A stretch of 64,000 bases of DNA from Azolla caroliniana (lineage: Eukaryota > Plantae > Polypodiophyta). The notes beneath the pieces were generated by a model. The model saw only the letters and a program-made list of their open reading frames with translations, was not told the origin of the DNA and ran no database searches. The position numbers and the translations under genes were made by a program. The stretch is taken from NCBI GenBank assembly GCA_043228905.1, contig JBHGNT010000002.1:14818001-14882000 (forward strand). Reading direction: 5' to 3'. Positions 25,401-40,500 of the stretch are shown one piece after another. Every line of letters starts with the position of its first letter. Positions within the stretch are counted from its first letter, which is position 1.

Positions 25401-25494
25401 TCATGCAGTCCATTTCTCCTTTTGAGTCGGTGGTTGCTGGTGAGGTGGGTGCGTTAGGGGGTCTGGGTGCTCGCGTCTGATTATCTTCAATCAC
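22486..25494 (-). pseudogene. Extra 3' ORF of Gypsy B, homologous to the family A extra ORF
   Basis: WLKQHGLEGFLRIMEAPPH; RAGLIIATYEGLQVDW; coiled coil; WWSKWVKHAAKLQLLRAD..FYKL; ends ILDILDED*. Confidence 0.82.
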
Positions 25495-25759
25495 CTGTGT
25501 GCGTTTGCAATTCTCTGTTCGCGAAATGAGAAGGCCTCCATGCGGTGTAGGTTTTCTTGCGCCTTTCTCGATTCTTGCGCATGCGAACGTCGTGTACTAT
25601 AATGGCAATGAAGTGCCACGTGGCCACGTTTTAATACGCTATAAATAGCCCACTACTTGGCTTTTCAAAGTTCCCTTCTCTGAATTGTGCTTGCCGATTG
25701 CATGACCGGTTATCATCTCGTCGTGCTTACTGGTGTCCGGTGCGGTGTCAGCCTTTGTC

Positions 25760-28711
25760 TACGCAAACGGGTTCCTTGGCATGGGTCCATAGTATGGCTT
25801 GAGTCGAAACCCATTCACCCATTTAGCCATAACTTCGCCGGCGAGTGTCCCTAGCTGGTAAGAACCGTTGAACTCCCGTGTAATCTAATATGGTCTGGTC
25901 CACTGAAATCGTAGCTTCCTCGGCATCTTACCCATCCGGGTCTGGAATACAAGTATTGGTTTGCCGATCCCGAACCTTTTTTTGTTACCTTTCCGGTGTC
26001 GATCGACGAACGCTTTCCTTCTCCGTTTCTCTAGTTCCATGTGCATCAGGCTGGCTATCCGATGTTCCTCCAGTTCGCATAGTGCTGCTAACCGGATTGT
26101 TTCCGACTCCTTCTCGTTCAGGCGTTCCCTAACCTGTAACCGCAAACTGGGAACCTGGAATTCGATCGGCATTACCGCTTCCAATCCGAATGCCAATCGG
26201 AAAGGTGTTGTCCAGATACTTGTCTTATATGCTGTCTGGTAGGCCCAGAGTGCATTGTGCAGCTTTGTATCCCAATCCGTCCGGTTCTCATTGACGATTT
26301 TCTGGAGTATGTTTTGTAGTGTTTTATTTGTGGATTCAGCTAATCCGTTGGCTTGTGGATAATACGAAGTGCTTCGCTTGTGCACCACCGCATAGAATGT
26401 CGTCAAACTCTCCACCACTTGTACTAGGAAATGCCCACCTTGGTCGTTGATTAGCTCGATCGGACATCCATACCGGCACCAGATATATTCATATAAAAAC
26501 TTTGCCGTGGATGCCACGGTGTTGTCTCGTAGTGCTTTGGCCTCCACCCACTTGGTGCACTAGTCTGTAGCGACAATCACATATCGGTTGCCGGTTCTCA
26601 TTGCTGGTGGTTTAAAAGGGCCGACGAAGTCCAACCCCCATTTCTGAAATGGTTCCAATGGCAGCACCGGTTGGTGAGGCATTCTTGCCTGTTTTGTTGG
26701 TTGGCCCATCCGCTGACACAAATCACATTCTTTAGCATACCGGACGACGCCTTTTAATGTTGTTGTCCACCATAGGCCACTCTGCCATATTTTCCTTGCC
26801 GTAGCATCCCCAGCGTAATGCCCTCCGGCAACGCCGCAGTGTGGTTCGCCCAGTATTTGGTCTTTTTCGTCTCTGCGCACCGTGCGCCACCATATGCCAT
26901 ACACGCCTCTATGGTACAGTGTGTCCTGGAGTAGGTAGAATTGCCGGCTTTGTACTGCTAATATTTTCCGATCGTCTCTGTTCATCTCCTCTGGAGGTAA
27001 TCTAGTGCTCAGGAATTGGTGCATGTTAGTGAGCCAGTTGTCCTCCTCGGCGATCGTACCATCTGTTGTCGTTTCGGTTGTGACCCTAAACAAGTCTGCA
27101 TCCGGAAATTCGTCTGCGATTCTGTCACCGGTTTCTCCGAAGTCTAACCGGCTCAAATAATCCGCAACCGCATGTTGTATGTCTGGCCGGTGAAATATCT
27201 CGAACTCAAATTCCTGTAATTATAGTGTCCACCGGGCCAGCTTACCCGTGAGTGATGCTTTCGAGACCAAGTAAAGTAGCGCCGATAGATCTACATGAAA
27301 GGAAAATTTCCTCCCGAACAGATAGTGTTGAAACTTGGTGACGCTATAGATCATGCCCAAGGCTTCTGTTTCTGTCGTAGAGTAATTCCGTTCCACCTGG
27401 GACAGCTTACAGCTGGCATAATACACGGGCCGGTACCAGTTGGGTTTGGGAAGCTGCATTAATGCGCTCCCTATTGCTATGTCGGACGCATTTACAAATA
27501 CGTGGAATTCGTTAGACCAATCCGGAGGTTGCACTACCAGTGCTTGTGATAGTAGTACTTTTAATGCTCGGTAAGCCTTCTCTTCTGTGTCCATCCATTG
27601 AAACGGTGTCCGGTGCACTGCGGCATGCAATGGTGTGGCCAGGTCTGCTAGATACCGGAGCATCCAGCTATGCCACCGGATTTGTCCTAGGAACTGACTC
27701 AATGCTTTCGCCGTGGTGGGTGCCGGTGCCTCCAAAATTGCTTTGACCTTGTCCAGGTCTACTGCAATACCGTCCTTGCTAACGATGTGGCCTAGTATGC
27801 ACTGCTTGAAACTCCAAACACGCATTTCGCCGGGTTAAGGCTTAACCGGTAAACCCTACATTTCTCAAGACAATGTTAGGGGTATTGGAGGTGTTCTCCT
27901 TACTGGTTGTACACGGCGAAATCGTCTAAGAACACCTGCATGAATGCTAGAATAAAGTTTCCGAAAATCTCCATGATTATTCGCTGAAAGGTTGTCGACG
28001 CCGTTTTAAGTCCGAACATCATGACTACGACGAAAAATACTCCCCATTCGGTAACAAAAGCGGTTTTCTCCTAGTCATCGGGGTGCATCCGGATCTGATT
28101 GTAGCCGCTAAACCCATCCAAGAAACTATAAACTTCGTGACCGGCTACTGCATCCAAGACTCCATCCGTAAAAGGGAGTGGGAAGGCGTCGGTTACCGTT
28201 GCCGCATTCAATTTCCTGTAGTCGACACATACTCGGATCTTTCCGTTCTTTTTCGGTACGACGACTATTGGGCTCAGCCATGTCGCCTTTTTGGACCGGT
28301 CGGATGAACCCTACTCGTAACAATTTGTCGATTTAGTCCTTTAATTTTGCTACATTGTTAGGGTTCATCCGGTACCGTCGTTGCGCCACCGGCTTGGCAT
28401 CCTTACTCAGATGTATGTAGTGTTGATACAACTGAGGATCTAGCCCCTGCATGTCCTCGTAAGACCATGCGAACACATCCCAGAACTCCTTTAATAAGGT
28501 AATCATTGTCGTCTTCCTTTCGGGAGTCATATCTTTAGCAATGTGAACCGGTCTCACGTCTTCTGCGGTGCGTAAATTTACCTCTTCCAGCTGAGAGGCT
28601 TTTACACGTCGGGATACTGCCAATTCCTTCTCCAAAGTTTCTTGTGCGTGTCGTAACTCTTTATCTGGTTCTTCATCGGCATCCTCCGGTTGTGTTATAT
28701 ATGGTGCCACT
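25760..28711 (-). pseudogene. Gypsy B pol (RT, RNase H, integrase)
   Basis: ORFs 28333..28794, 27220..27825, 26560..27156 (HCGVAGGH, CDLCQR, WGLDFVGP) and 25885..26547. Confidence 0.95.
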
Positions 28712-30412
28712 TGTTGTCCGCTGGAATAGTAACCGACGGACAAGAGCGTAGGAATAAGAAATAATATAAGATCATAATGCATGTAACAGTTCACTTAGGA
28801 AGCGTGAACGGCTAAATAGTCCCTGTGTATATAAAGGGCAGAAAACCTCTGATAGAGGGAGCGTGTAATTTTGAATTGTAAAGAAGCGTATCGTAATACA
28901 ATTCTATCTTCTCTGAAAGTCTGTATATAGCCACGGCTAATCTATTGTGTGTCTGGAATACCAGAGCGTGTAAAAACATAAGTGTAACCATTGCTAAGGA
29001 GTCGGTTGTAGCCGTCTCCCTTATACACTGATAGGTTACGAGGAACATTCCCCTACGCATTACGCATAGACGTCCCATTCGTTGTTCCACAACCACTTGG
29101 AGGTCTAGGTCGAAGGACTGACCGCAGACCGTGTTCCTAATCGGTAACACTTTTGGCACGCTTGGTGATCTGTGTCTTCTCACAGATGAGCAACAATGAA
29201 TGGATGTTTAGCCGCAGACGCCCCAGAGAACCAACACGACAAGACTGGCCAATCACAAGGTCTGTCACACGCTAGGCAGAAGAACGCGCACGGCAAAAGC
29301 CTCACCTCAGCGACCTCAGTACTACCTGTCGTGATTACAAAGGTGATTCTTCGCTCTCCAAATACCTCGACGATACGCGGGGAGTACGCTCACCATAGCC
29401 ACCCTATGGTCTTTCCCGACCTGCCGTAGCCCCCAGCATGGCCTTTGCCTATCCCCGCTTTAACGACGAAACCGACGCTACAACCCATATTTGCATGTTC
29501 CTTAATGTCTCGAATGCGAACCACATGACGTAGAGCCTTTCGGAGGCGGTAGCACACTTGTCAAAAATGATGGAGTTCGGGTTAACATTGGATGGGCGAG
29601 CGGCGTTTTGGCATTCACAGATGGATTTACCAGCAATCACAACCTTCGATCAGCTGCAGTCCACTTTCTTGCGGTTCTTCCATCGAAGGGTTCCACAACG
29701 CGAAATCCTTAGACAGTTCTACACGATTAAGCAACTGCCGACCGAGACGATCGCAGACTTTAGCTTACATTTCCAAAATTTACGGCGGAAACTAGAACGG
29801 AGCCCCGCGGAGGATGAGGCTCGAGAGACATTTCTGGCAACATTACGCCGACCCATCCGGGCAACACTCAACAACAATAGCATGAAAGGGGAAACATCGG
29901 ATATGGTCATTGAACCAGCGTTACAGCTCGAGTTGGACGAGGAGGAGGAAAGGTTTTCTATGTCCTCCTTATGACAATCGTTACCCCAGGACGAGGAACG
30001 CCAGTTTCGTCAAGCAATCCAGTGCACGATTTGCTTGAACTCGGGGCATTCCGCAGTGGAGTGCAATATGTGAATCCACTACCCAATCTGCCACTCGAAG
30101 GCTCACACAGTCGAACAATGCGAATACAATATGTTGAGCAAGAGCCGCTCCCACAGTCCGCAACATGGACACCCAGCGTCCCCGACGTCGTACTGAACAA
30201 AGGAGGCAAGAAGACCGACCACGATATATGGATTGCAACCCACGGGACGATCGGACATTATGCCATGCAATGCCCAGCACGCAAGGGCAAGGGGCCCGCC
30301 GTCAATACGATTACGGTGGAAGTGCAGCAAGTCACGACACGACAACTAACAAAAACGGTTGATTGGGCTGCACAAGATGAGATACAACGACAAGCCCAGG
30401 CATGCGTGGAAA

Positions 30413-33400
30413 ATTTGAAACAGGTAATATGTCGCATTTTGAGAACTGTCCATCAAAAAATGACACAAATTAGGGTGATTCACAAAAAGGGGTGCCGCAT
30501 GCGTAAAGGAATTTTAAAAATGACCCAAAAATATATTGATTTTTAACATGTACGGAAATTTAGGTGTTCAAAAAAATGCCTAAATAATGGACATGCCAAA
30601 CTTACAAATAAATGTCCAAAATGACTAACCCCAATATTTATAGAAATTCTGAATCCAAATCTTGATGTGCAATACAATATTTATAGTTAATGTATCAGGA
30701 CAATCATTTTTCAAGTTTATGTCATCATCTTCATACCCATTAGATGAACTAATACGAGTTTATGAGGTCTCATCCTCATCATCAATGGCAACTAATGCAT
30801 TGTGTTGATCCAATTGCAATCCAACCTCATCAAGTTTATGAGTCATGCTTCTTGTTTGTCTTTGTGTTGTGTCTGAAGCCACATTCCAGATCCTCTTTTA
30901 GTATCTTCATTGTGGTGTGTCACAGATAACTTGTTTTGGTCAAAGATAAGTCATACACTAATATATAAACATTATCCAATGTAAGAGTAGATGTGCTTGA
31001 TGCATCTTTCCTCCTCACTTTTTGGTTATGATATTTCATTATGTACTTTCCATTTACAAGATTAGATTATGTGAGAGAAGCTTTCTACCAAAATCATTAG
31101 AATCTAAAAAATGTCTTAAAGATGTTTTCCATTTCTCTTAGATTCTCATAGTAAGCCTTTGATGTCGTACAGAAATCCGATTCATTCCATCTAGATTTGA
31201 CGCAACATGTCCAATTTTACTCTATACATCTAGAATTAGATATAATGCATCAGATTCCTGTAAGTCTTGGAATTTTTTTAAAAATTTCCATTAAAAAAAT
31301 ACTCTTGCATTTTAATGCATTGCATTGAATTCTAGCTACATAGACTTAAATATGATACATTGCATGGATTTCCCGAAAATACATAAATAAATACAAATTG
31401 AAAAAATAAAACATTTTCCCATAAATAAATAAATAAACATTTTTTATTTTACTCGTAAATAAATAAATAAAAATTGAAAAATTAGATTTCAATGGAAATC
31501 CAATTCCGTGCATCGGATTCAATTGAAAATCCAATTTCTCTTATTTTTTTGAAAATTTTCTTATTTTTTGAATTGTTTTTGAATTTGTTTTTATTTTTCC
31601 CATAAATAAATAAATCAATATTGAAAAAATTGATTTTCAACGAAAATCCGATGCACTGCATCGGATTTTGGTTGAAAGTCCACTTTTACGTATTTGTTTC
31701 CAAATTTTCTTTTTTGTCTGAATTTTTTTGAATTTTTTTGAATTTTTCCCATAAAAAAATAAATAATAATTGAAAAAATCGATTTTCAACGGAAATATGA
31801 TGCACTGCATCGGATTTTGGTTGAAGGTCCACTTTTACATATTTTTTTCCAAATTTGCTTTTTTTTTTTTAAAAAAATTTAATTTTCTTTAATTTTTTTT
31901 AATTTTTTCTATAAAAAATAAATAAATATTGAAAAAATAGATTTTCAATGGAATTGTTTCTATAAAAATTAAATAAATATTGAAAAAATAGATTTTCAAT
32001 CCAAATTTTCATAGTTTTTAGATTTTTTTTGGTATTTTGTATGTTTATTTTCTCATAAATAACTATATAGAAATTGAAAAAAAGAATTTTCAAAGGAAAT
32101 TTGATGCATTGCATCGGATTTCTATTGAAAGTCCACTTTTTGCTATTTGTTACCAAATTTTCATATTTTAAAATATTCTTTTGTATTTGTAAAATTTTTT
32201 TTCATTTTTTCCCATAAATAAATAAATAAAAATTGCAAAAAATGGGTTTTCAACAAAAATCCGATGCACTACATCGGATTTCTATTGAAAATCCATTTTG
32301 TCTTATTTGTTTCCAATTTTTCAGATATTTTGAATTTGTTTGAATTGTTTTTGTTTTTATCATAAATAAATATATAGGAATTGAAAAAAATGGATTTTCA
32401 ACGGAAATCCGATGCACTGCATCGGATTTCCATTGAAAGTCCACTTTTTATTGTTTGTTTACAAATTTTCTTATTTGTTTATATTTTTCTTTAAAAAAGT
32501 GTTAAAAATAAACAATTTGTGATTTTCTCCATTTAAAATGATGTGTTTTCAATGGGAATCCGATGAAAACAGATTATTTTCAACAAGATTTTCAATGGCA
32601 ATCCGATGCACTGCATCGGATTTCCGTTCAAAATCACTGAGTTTCAACAGAAATCCGATGCACTGCAGTGCATCGGATTTCCGTTGAAAGTCCAATATTT
32701 TTCTTATGTTTTTTCATAAAACATTAATTTGCAATTGAAATCCGACTCAATGGTTCAGATTTTGTTGAAAATGTAATATTTTTTTATTATCTCATTGTTT
32801 TATGAAAAACCTAAAAGAAATTTGGATTTTTAATTGAAATTCGATGTACTGCATTAGATTTCAGTTAGAAATCCACTTTTTTAATATATTTTTATTTATT
32901 TTTTGAAAAAATGAAAAACAATTGAAAAGAAAGAGGATTGCCAGCTAAAATTTGATGCAATGCATCAATGTCTTGCTGTATAGACTACGATCTGATGTAG
33001 TGTATCGGATTTCAGTTGAAAAGCCGTTTATTATTATTTTATATGGAAAATAAATAAATAAATAACATTGGAAAAAGAAAAAAGAAAAATGGATTTTCGA
33101 CTCTAATCCAACGCATTGCATTAGATTCTAGCTATATATACTAAAATATAATGTAGTGCATAGTATTTTGGCTGAAAATCCATTTTTTATTTTTTAATGG
33201 AAAAAATTTTAAAAATTACAAAAAAAAGAAAAACTTGGATTTTCAACTGAAATCTAGTGCATCGCATTGGATTCCAATTAAAAATCCAAGATTTTTTATT
33301 TTTTCAAATTTTATTGTTTCAAATTTTCAATGGGTTTTAGATTAGTTTTCTGACACAGGTATATAATATAAAACTTACATCAATTTAGATTAACGTTATA

Positions 33401-34461
33401 TTCTATTCTTCAGTTTGATGTTACCTGTGCAATTTCATTCTACTGTCATGTACTACTAAAACATACGCCTTAAAGATTATCAGGAACTTTGTTGCATTAG
33501 ACAAGGACCTTGAGCAAGTTAATGTCATCAAAATGAGGATCCAAGGTATCTGGGGTTGTCCTGATCAAGACCAAGAAGTTGGGGCAAAGCATATCTAGAT
33601 GTTCCAGATGACTTTTAGAAAACTTGTGGAACTATAGATGAAGACGCAAGGCAACTTGTTGAATTAGAAGACGTTTCAGAGTCTGAACATACTAACAATT
33701 CAACTTAACGTACTAACGAAGCCAATGAGGACAATCCTGATGAAAGAGCTAATCCTGAGTAGAAGGCTTTACCAGACTTATTATTCGATTGAATGGTTAT
33801 GGCTTATTGTAAATTTTGAACAATATGAATTGTTAAATTTTGACGTAATATATAAGTTGAGCTTACTTATAATTTTCGTGTAACAATCATTGAACTTAGA
33901 AATTAAGTATACTTGTATGTGTACATGTTATCTAAACTCTCCTTTATCATTTGGGGTATATCGGAGATAAGTTTATACTCTATCATTTACTCGTATGATT
34001 GGAATGTTATTGTAGACTAGTTTATTTATACATTGACAGTGTCATGTATCACGTGTCAATGGAAATTTTCTCTTGACATAGTAGTATCTCTTAATTGCAA
34101 GGTTCACAATTTGCTTTAAGATGTATTATATTTAAATATACACACATAATTAGAAGAAGTCACTTATTCAATGGGGCATGCTTTTTAGAATATGCACAAG
34201 GACCCGTGTTACTATTATACTTGTGTTGACAAATACACCCCTGTCTAAGATTTGGACAAAAACATGGTAGATAGAATATACGTCGAATGATTTTGTTGAC
34301 GTGATATTAGTTAGTTCTTTTTTTCGCTATGTTTTCATAAACCACATACACATGCGTCGTGCCTTGTTGAAATTCTGCTTAAATAAGGCATTTTTTAACA
34401 TCTCACTAAGATATGAAAAAGAGAATGCGACATATTACCTGTTTCAAATGACCCGGTGTTT
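30413..34461. mobile_element. AT-rich TIR-bounded DNA element (unclassified, non-autonomous) with internal palindrome array
   Basis: Perfect 26-bp inverted repeat ATTTGAAACAGGTAATATGTCGCATT at 30413..30438 and 34424..34449; interrupts the Gypsy gag-PR linker, which rejoins as (C/W)VE-KANAT. Confidence 0.85.
31310..33290. repeat. Dispersed array of hairpin palindromes
   Basis: Over a dozen degenerate copies of TTTCAACGGAAATCCGATGCA-C-TGCATCGGATTTCCGTTGAAA separated by poly-A/T spacers. Confidence 0.9.
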
Positions 34462-37400
34462 AAAAGCAAACGCGACCAATACAAAGCGCATGCGGAAGGA
34501 ATCCGCGAATGCGAGGGAGCGAGCAAAGGACGAAGGACCGGTCCCAGACCCCATTTGGCAGGCATTAGCGGGCTACGAGATAACGTTAACCATGGAGAAG
34601 TTGCTGCAGCTAGTCCCTTGCTTCCACCAAACCATGGAAGAACGGGTGACGGGCATACCCGGGGTGAGCGTCGCTACAAACCTTACAGACGTTAGCAATG
34701 GACCACCGGTAGTGGATCCGCACAACCCGACTATTACATTAATTACACAGACAGGAAATTCCTGGATGCGTAATCAATGGCGGCTCAGGTGTCAATGTAA
34801 TTAACGTGAACACTTGCGAGCAGTTAGGTATTTCAGAATGGGAGGCTTGTCCATTCTGGCTACGAATGGCAGATACCCGCTCAGTACGACCATTGGGGTT
34901 AATTCGCAAGATAGGCATTATCGTGGGCGGACATCGCTTCGACATCCCGGCGGTCGTCCTTGCCTTGGACGCCCCAGGGGCGTACCCAATGCTTCTGGGC
35001 AGACCATGGCTTCGGGCAACCAATATCAAGCAGAGCTGGCAACACAAATGTATCAGTTTTTGACACGGACGCACCAAGGTTCGCATACCTACGGAAGGAA
35101 GTACGCCACAACCCAAGGGTATAACACCATTATACGTAGAAGATATAAATATGTTGGTTGGGGTGGAGGATGCAGAATTAGAGGCATATCTAGATGAGCA
35201 CCCACGGATCATTCCGCTGTTCGAAATCAATGTCATCGCAACCGCGGCAAGATATGCCACGACCACTATTCTCCACGACGAGGCTTACGAACCAAACCTA
35301 GAGTCCATATTGGAACTTAGCAGAGCACGGGTGGCATTCGAAAGGGAAATGGAAATTTCACGACGAGTCACCGCTTCCGCCCTGGAAGAAGTAAATGTGG
35401 GTACAGCGTCGGAACCCCGTTTCCTCTTCATCGCAAAGGAATTAAGGCCGGACCAGAGAAACACAATGATCTCACTACTCAAGAAATATAAAGATGTGTT
35501 CGCTTGGGCTCTAGAGGACATGAAGGGGTTAGATCCCAAGTTCTATCAGCATAAGATCAATTTAGCAACCGACGCAAAACCCGTCCAGTAGCGCCGCTAC
35601 CGCATGAACCCAAACTATGCGGCCCGCGTAAAAGACGAAATTGACAAAATCCTGAAGGCGGGGTTCATACGGCTAGTTAAACAAGCCACATGGTTAAGCC
35701 CATACGGCGGGGTTCATACGGCTAGTTAAACAAGCCACGTGGTCATTCCAAAGAAAAACGGCAAAATACGGGTATGCGTGGATTACCGAAAATTAAACGT
35801 CGTAACCATTACGAACACATTCCCTTTACCCTTCACCGATAGCGTACTGGACGCCGTCATAGGACATGAGATGTACAGTTTTTTAGATGGCTTCAATGGG
35901 TAAAACCAGGTACGCATGCATCCCGAGGACCAAGAAAAGATGACATTTGTCACAGATTGGGGAGTCTATGTGGCAGTCGTCATGATGTTCGGGCTAAAGA
36001 CGGCTCCGGCAACATTTCAACGGACAATTACAGAGATCTTTGGGGAATACATTCTGGCGTTCATGCAAGTTTATTTAGACGACTTTGCAGTATATGGGAG
36101 AACAATAGCCCATTTTATGCACCTGCAACTGTGCCTGGAACGTTGCCGCACCACACACTTAAGCCTGAATCCCGCGAAATGTGCTTTCGGCATGATCAGT
36201 GGGACTCTCCTGGGCCATATAGTCAGCAAGGAGGGAATAGCAGTCGATCCGAACAAGATCTCCGTGATTACGCAAGCCAAAACTCCGACAAACGTGAAAT
36301 CACTTGGCCGGTTTTTAGGACAAATACGGTGGCATAGTCGGATGATACGATATTTGGCGGACTTCGCCACGCCGTTACATGCTGTCGTACATCGGACTCC
36401 CTTCCAATGGACCGCAACGGAGGACAAGGCCTATGAAGCACTTAAGATAATGCTCACACAGGGCCCCGTCGTACAACCACCTGTTCGTCGACGCCTTGGA
36501 CATAGCAATAGGGAGTGCGCTAATGCAACTCACCGAACCAAACTGGTACCAGCTAATGTACTACGCTAGTCGCAAATTATCAACAACAGAGCGTAATTAT
36601 TCCACAACGGAGTGGGAGGCGCTAGGGATGATTTATAACATCAATAAATTCCGGCACTATTTACTAGGACGAAAGTTCACGTTCCACGTGGATCATTCGA
36701 CCTTGCTGTATTTGGTGGAGAAACAAGCCCTGATGGGGAAATTGGCATGATGGATGCTACTGCTCCACGAATTCGATTTTGTAATATAGCACCGACCAGG
36801 GACACAACACGCAGTGGCAGATTTTTTGAATAGACGAGAATGGAGAAACAATACAGAAAGATGATGATGACTTTCCGGACGCCGACATCCTGCGGGTAGC
36901 AGCACTAGCAGACAGAACGGAATCGACCTTTCTGGACCGGTGGCTTATGGAAATGACATACTTTTTTACTACGGGAGTGCCTCCACCGGCAACACACGAA
37001 CCAATGAGGAATCCAGCGCGACGCCAATTCCAGGCACGGCCGAAGAAGAGGAACCTCAGGCCGGATCACCAGAAAATACGACGGTGAACAGTGCGGACCG
37101 ACGAGTGGAGTCCCCCACAGTACCAGACAGCGAAACCGTTGCCCAAGAGGAGCTCCATCCATAGGAGCCCACGCTATCGTCGGACCACATGGAGAACGGT
37201 GCGGGCCAGGCGGAATCACAACCCCACTCCCCAGAACGTACAAAGACGACTGACACCACTGAGGAAGTAACGATTGAGACAGAGCTGCGGCCGACCGCAA
37301 GCACGACGGCGGCGGAGCCCAATCCACTAGCTCAAGCAGAATCCACCGAACCCGGACCGCCCACACACGACGACTGCGACACCGGACCTACGGGCCCTAC

Positions 37401-37510
37401 GTCGCCTCCGGACGCGGACACCTAGCAAAGCCAAACATCCGGGACATTTTGGAAGAAGATTAACGGGATGGGTCCGATGTGCCAAGGCACTGTCCCACAG
37501 GCATGCTAGG

Positions 37511-40500
37511 TGTTGTCCGCCGGAATAGTAACCGACGGACAAGAGCGTAAGAATAAGAAATAATATAAGATCATAACGCATGTAATGGTTCACGCAGGAA
37601 GCGTGAACGGCTAAATAGTTCCTGCGTATATAAAGGGCAGAAAACCTCTGATAGAGGGAGTGTGTAATTTTGAATTGTAAAGAAGCGTATTGTAATAGAA
37701 TTCTATCTTCTCTGAAAGTCTGTGTATAGCTACAGCTAATCTACTGTGTGTCTAGAATATAGAGTGTGTAAAAACGTAAGTGTAACCATTGCTAAGGAGT
37801 TGGTTGTAGTCGTCTCCCTTATACGATGATAGGTTACGAGGAACATTCCCCTATGCATTATGCATAGACGCCCCATTCATTGTTACACAACCACTTGGAG
37901 GTCTAGGTCATCTCTAGGCGAAAGGCATTTCGAAATCCCTCCTGCAGAGGCGCTGCAGCGATATTTTGGGCCCTATTCCTCCTCCACCAAGGCCTATAGA
38001 ACAAAGTAGATCCTGGATCCCTTCTTCCGTGAAGTTGCCAAGTTCCTGTTAGAGGTCGGTTGTGTACCTGTCAACGCTTATGGGATGCCCAAACAGAAGG
38101 CGGGCATCATTATCGATACCTTTGAGGGGCGTGCGGTCGATTGGGGGGTCATCACAGGGCCAACGTTAAGGGAAGGCTTGCATGCGTATCAGGCAGGAAA
38201 AAAGCTCAGGCCGATCATACAACAGTACCTTACGGTACTATTCCCACCCCGAGGCCTGCCGGCACCGCAGCCCAGCCGACCCACATCCCTGCCCCGATCC
38301 GCGAAGCGTAGGTTATCGGAGTTAGCGGCCCCAGAGTGGGAAGAGGAACCCCAACCAACCCAACCAGACACGCGGACAACACCTCCTGCTGAGCCAGACA
38401 CACAGACAACGCAGGAGGAACGACCGACACGTTCCGTGGAAGCAGCCCTAGAGCTAGACACCGAAACACAACAGGATAGCCCCAGACCGAAACGGCGTAG
38501 AACAGATAGGAAAGATGGGCGGGGATTGGTCAAAGACGTCCCCACGGCGGCAGAAACAACGACCGAAGGTGATGGCTCCACAGCTACGGAGCCCAATACC
38601 ACCTTCGAAATCATCTGGAAGCCACGGCCGATCATTACGACCCAATCCCAACGATGGAAAGCCGTATTGACGGTGGAAAGCGAGGTTTTGGCATATCTAG
38701 ATATCCCGGATACGGCCCATGAGTTCAGCGCCCTCTTATAGTTCGGAACTACTTTTGAGCTCATGGAATTCCTGGCAACATAGCAGATAAAAGTCTCCCA
38801 ACGAATGGTCAAGGAGCACGCGGCGCGCCAGATGATCGAGCGCGCCCTAACACAAACAACGGAGAGCGACGATGAGGACCGACTAGTCAGGGTCGGCAGA
38901 CGAAGGAACGTCGGGGTACGCCAAGTGGGGATGGAGCTACCCCCACTAAATATGGCCCTAGTCGAAGTCCATAGGGACCTGGCAAAGGTCAGCACGGGCG
39001 CCAAGAAGATGGCCATTAAAAATAAGAATGTCTGGGAGAAGGTGAAAATGACCCAAGCCGAGCTGCAAAAAGCCAACGAACGCATCGCGGAGTTGGAAGC
39101 TAGCGCGACTACGGCGCAACACGCAACTCCGCCACCAAACCACGCCATCGATGCTTTGAAGGAAGAAATTGAGGCTCAGACCGCCATCACCTCAAAAGCG
39201 AAAAGGGTCGTGCAGCCAGCGGAATTAGAAATTGACCGCCTTCAAGCTGAATTGCACCAATCCTCAGACAGAGAAAAGGAGATCCGGGCGAACGACCGGA
39301 AGGTATTAAAAACCCTTGAAGAGAAACTCGCTACGGAGGTAGCTCAGCACATCCGGACAAAAGATGAAAACGCCCAATTACGGGATGAGGTGAAGAAATC
39401 GGAGACGGCAATCGTGGGACTCCAGGCCTTATTAGAGAAAAAGAAGGTATGGTTCGACGAGCAGCTGGTGGTCGAACAGGAAAGAAGGCATCAGCTCGAA
39501 ATCTGCCTAAACAATGAGATGGGGAAATTAGAAGAACAACACGCATAGGAATCCCAGTTGTGGGCGAGCCTGAAGACCACATACGAAGAAGCGGCGGCGG
39601 TTAGGCAGCAAGAAATTGCAAACCTCTAGAAGTCGATGGAGGACACACGCAACCGTTGCCAGGCCATCACAAACAACGTGCGTATCCTTCTCCAAACACA
39701 TCGGGAGAGGTTCACAGCGCAATTGTAATAGGCGCTGGACAAAGGATGGATGGCGTGGGCAACCCAAGCAGCAGAATTGCACGCGTATCGTACAGACTGG
39801 GAGAACCGGCAAAGAGACGGCCGAGGTTTCTATAAACTAAATGAGGAGAGCATTGTGGCCGTACGCGAGGACCTAGCCCAAGACTATCGTGCGCTAGCAG
39901 ACCAACATTCTGAAGAACTCGCGCAACTCTTAGATCATTTTGGTGAAAGCTAGGAGGAGCTATTTCACCAGATCACACAAACCGGCAACACGCGAACAAA
40001 TGAGGAATCCAATGTGACACCGATTCCAGGCACGGCCGAAGAAGAGGAACCTCAGGCCGGATGACCAGAAAATACGACGACGGTGAATAGTGCAGACCGA
40101 TGAGCAGAGTCCCCCATAGTACCAGACAACGAAACTGCTACCCAAGAGGAGCTCCATCTGCAGGAGCCCACGCTATCGTCGGACCACACGAAGAACAGTG
40201 CGGGCCAAGAGGAATAGCAGTCCCACTCCTCGGAACGTATAAAGACGGCCAACACCACGGAGGAAGTAACGATTGAGATAGAGCCGCGGCCGACCGCAAG
40301 CACGACGACGGCGGAGCCCAATCTGCTAGCTCAAGAAGAACCCACTGAATCTGGACCACCCACACACGACTGCGACACCAGGAGAAACCATGCCGATCAA
40401 ACAAGGGAGCCACACCACGATGCACCTACGGGCCCTACGTCGCCTCCGGACACAGACATCGTAGCAGAGCCAAACATCCGGGCCATTTTGGAAGAAGATT

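Larger units (their letters stand above)
28712..37909 (+). mobile_element. Gypsy family A copy 2; integrase and most of the extra ORF deleted; nested in family B
   Basis: 5' LTR 28712..29149; PBS TGGCACGCTTGGTG 29154..29167; gag 29196..30410; PR/RT/RH 34462..36985; jump to extra-ORF tail; GTCCCACAGGCATGCTA 37492..37508; LTR 37511..37909 (3'-truncated). Confidence 0.92.

Noticed and set aside
31310-33290. CRISPR or REP array from palindromic repeats
   Set aside because: Repeats are degenerate and irregularly spaced, the spacers are related poly-A/T tracts, the context is a eukaryotic transposon, and no cas genes are present
35657-35738. 33-bp repeat in RT as a recoding signal
   Set aside because: Copy-specific duplication absent from the homologous RT of copy A1; ordinary decay
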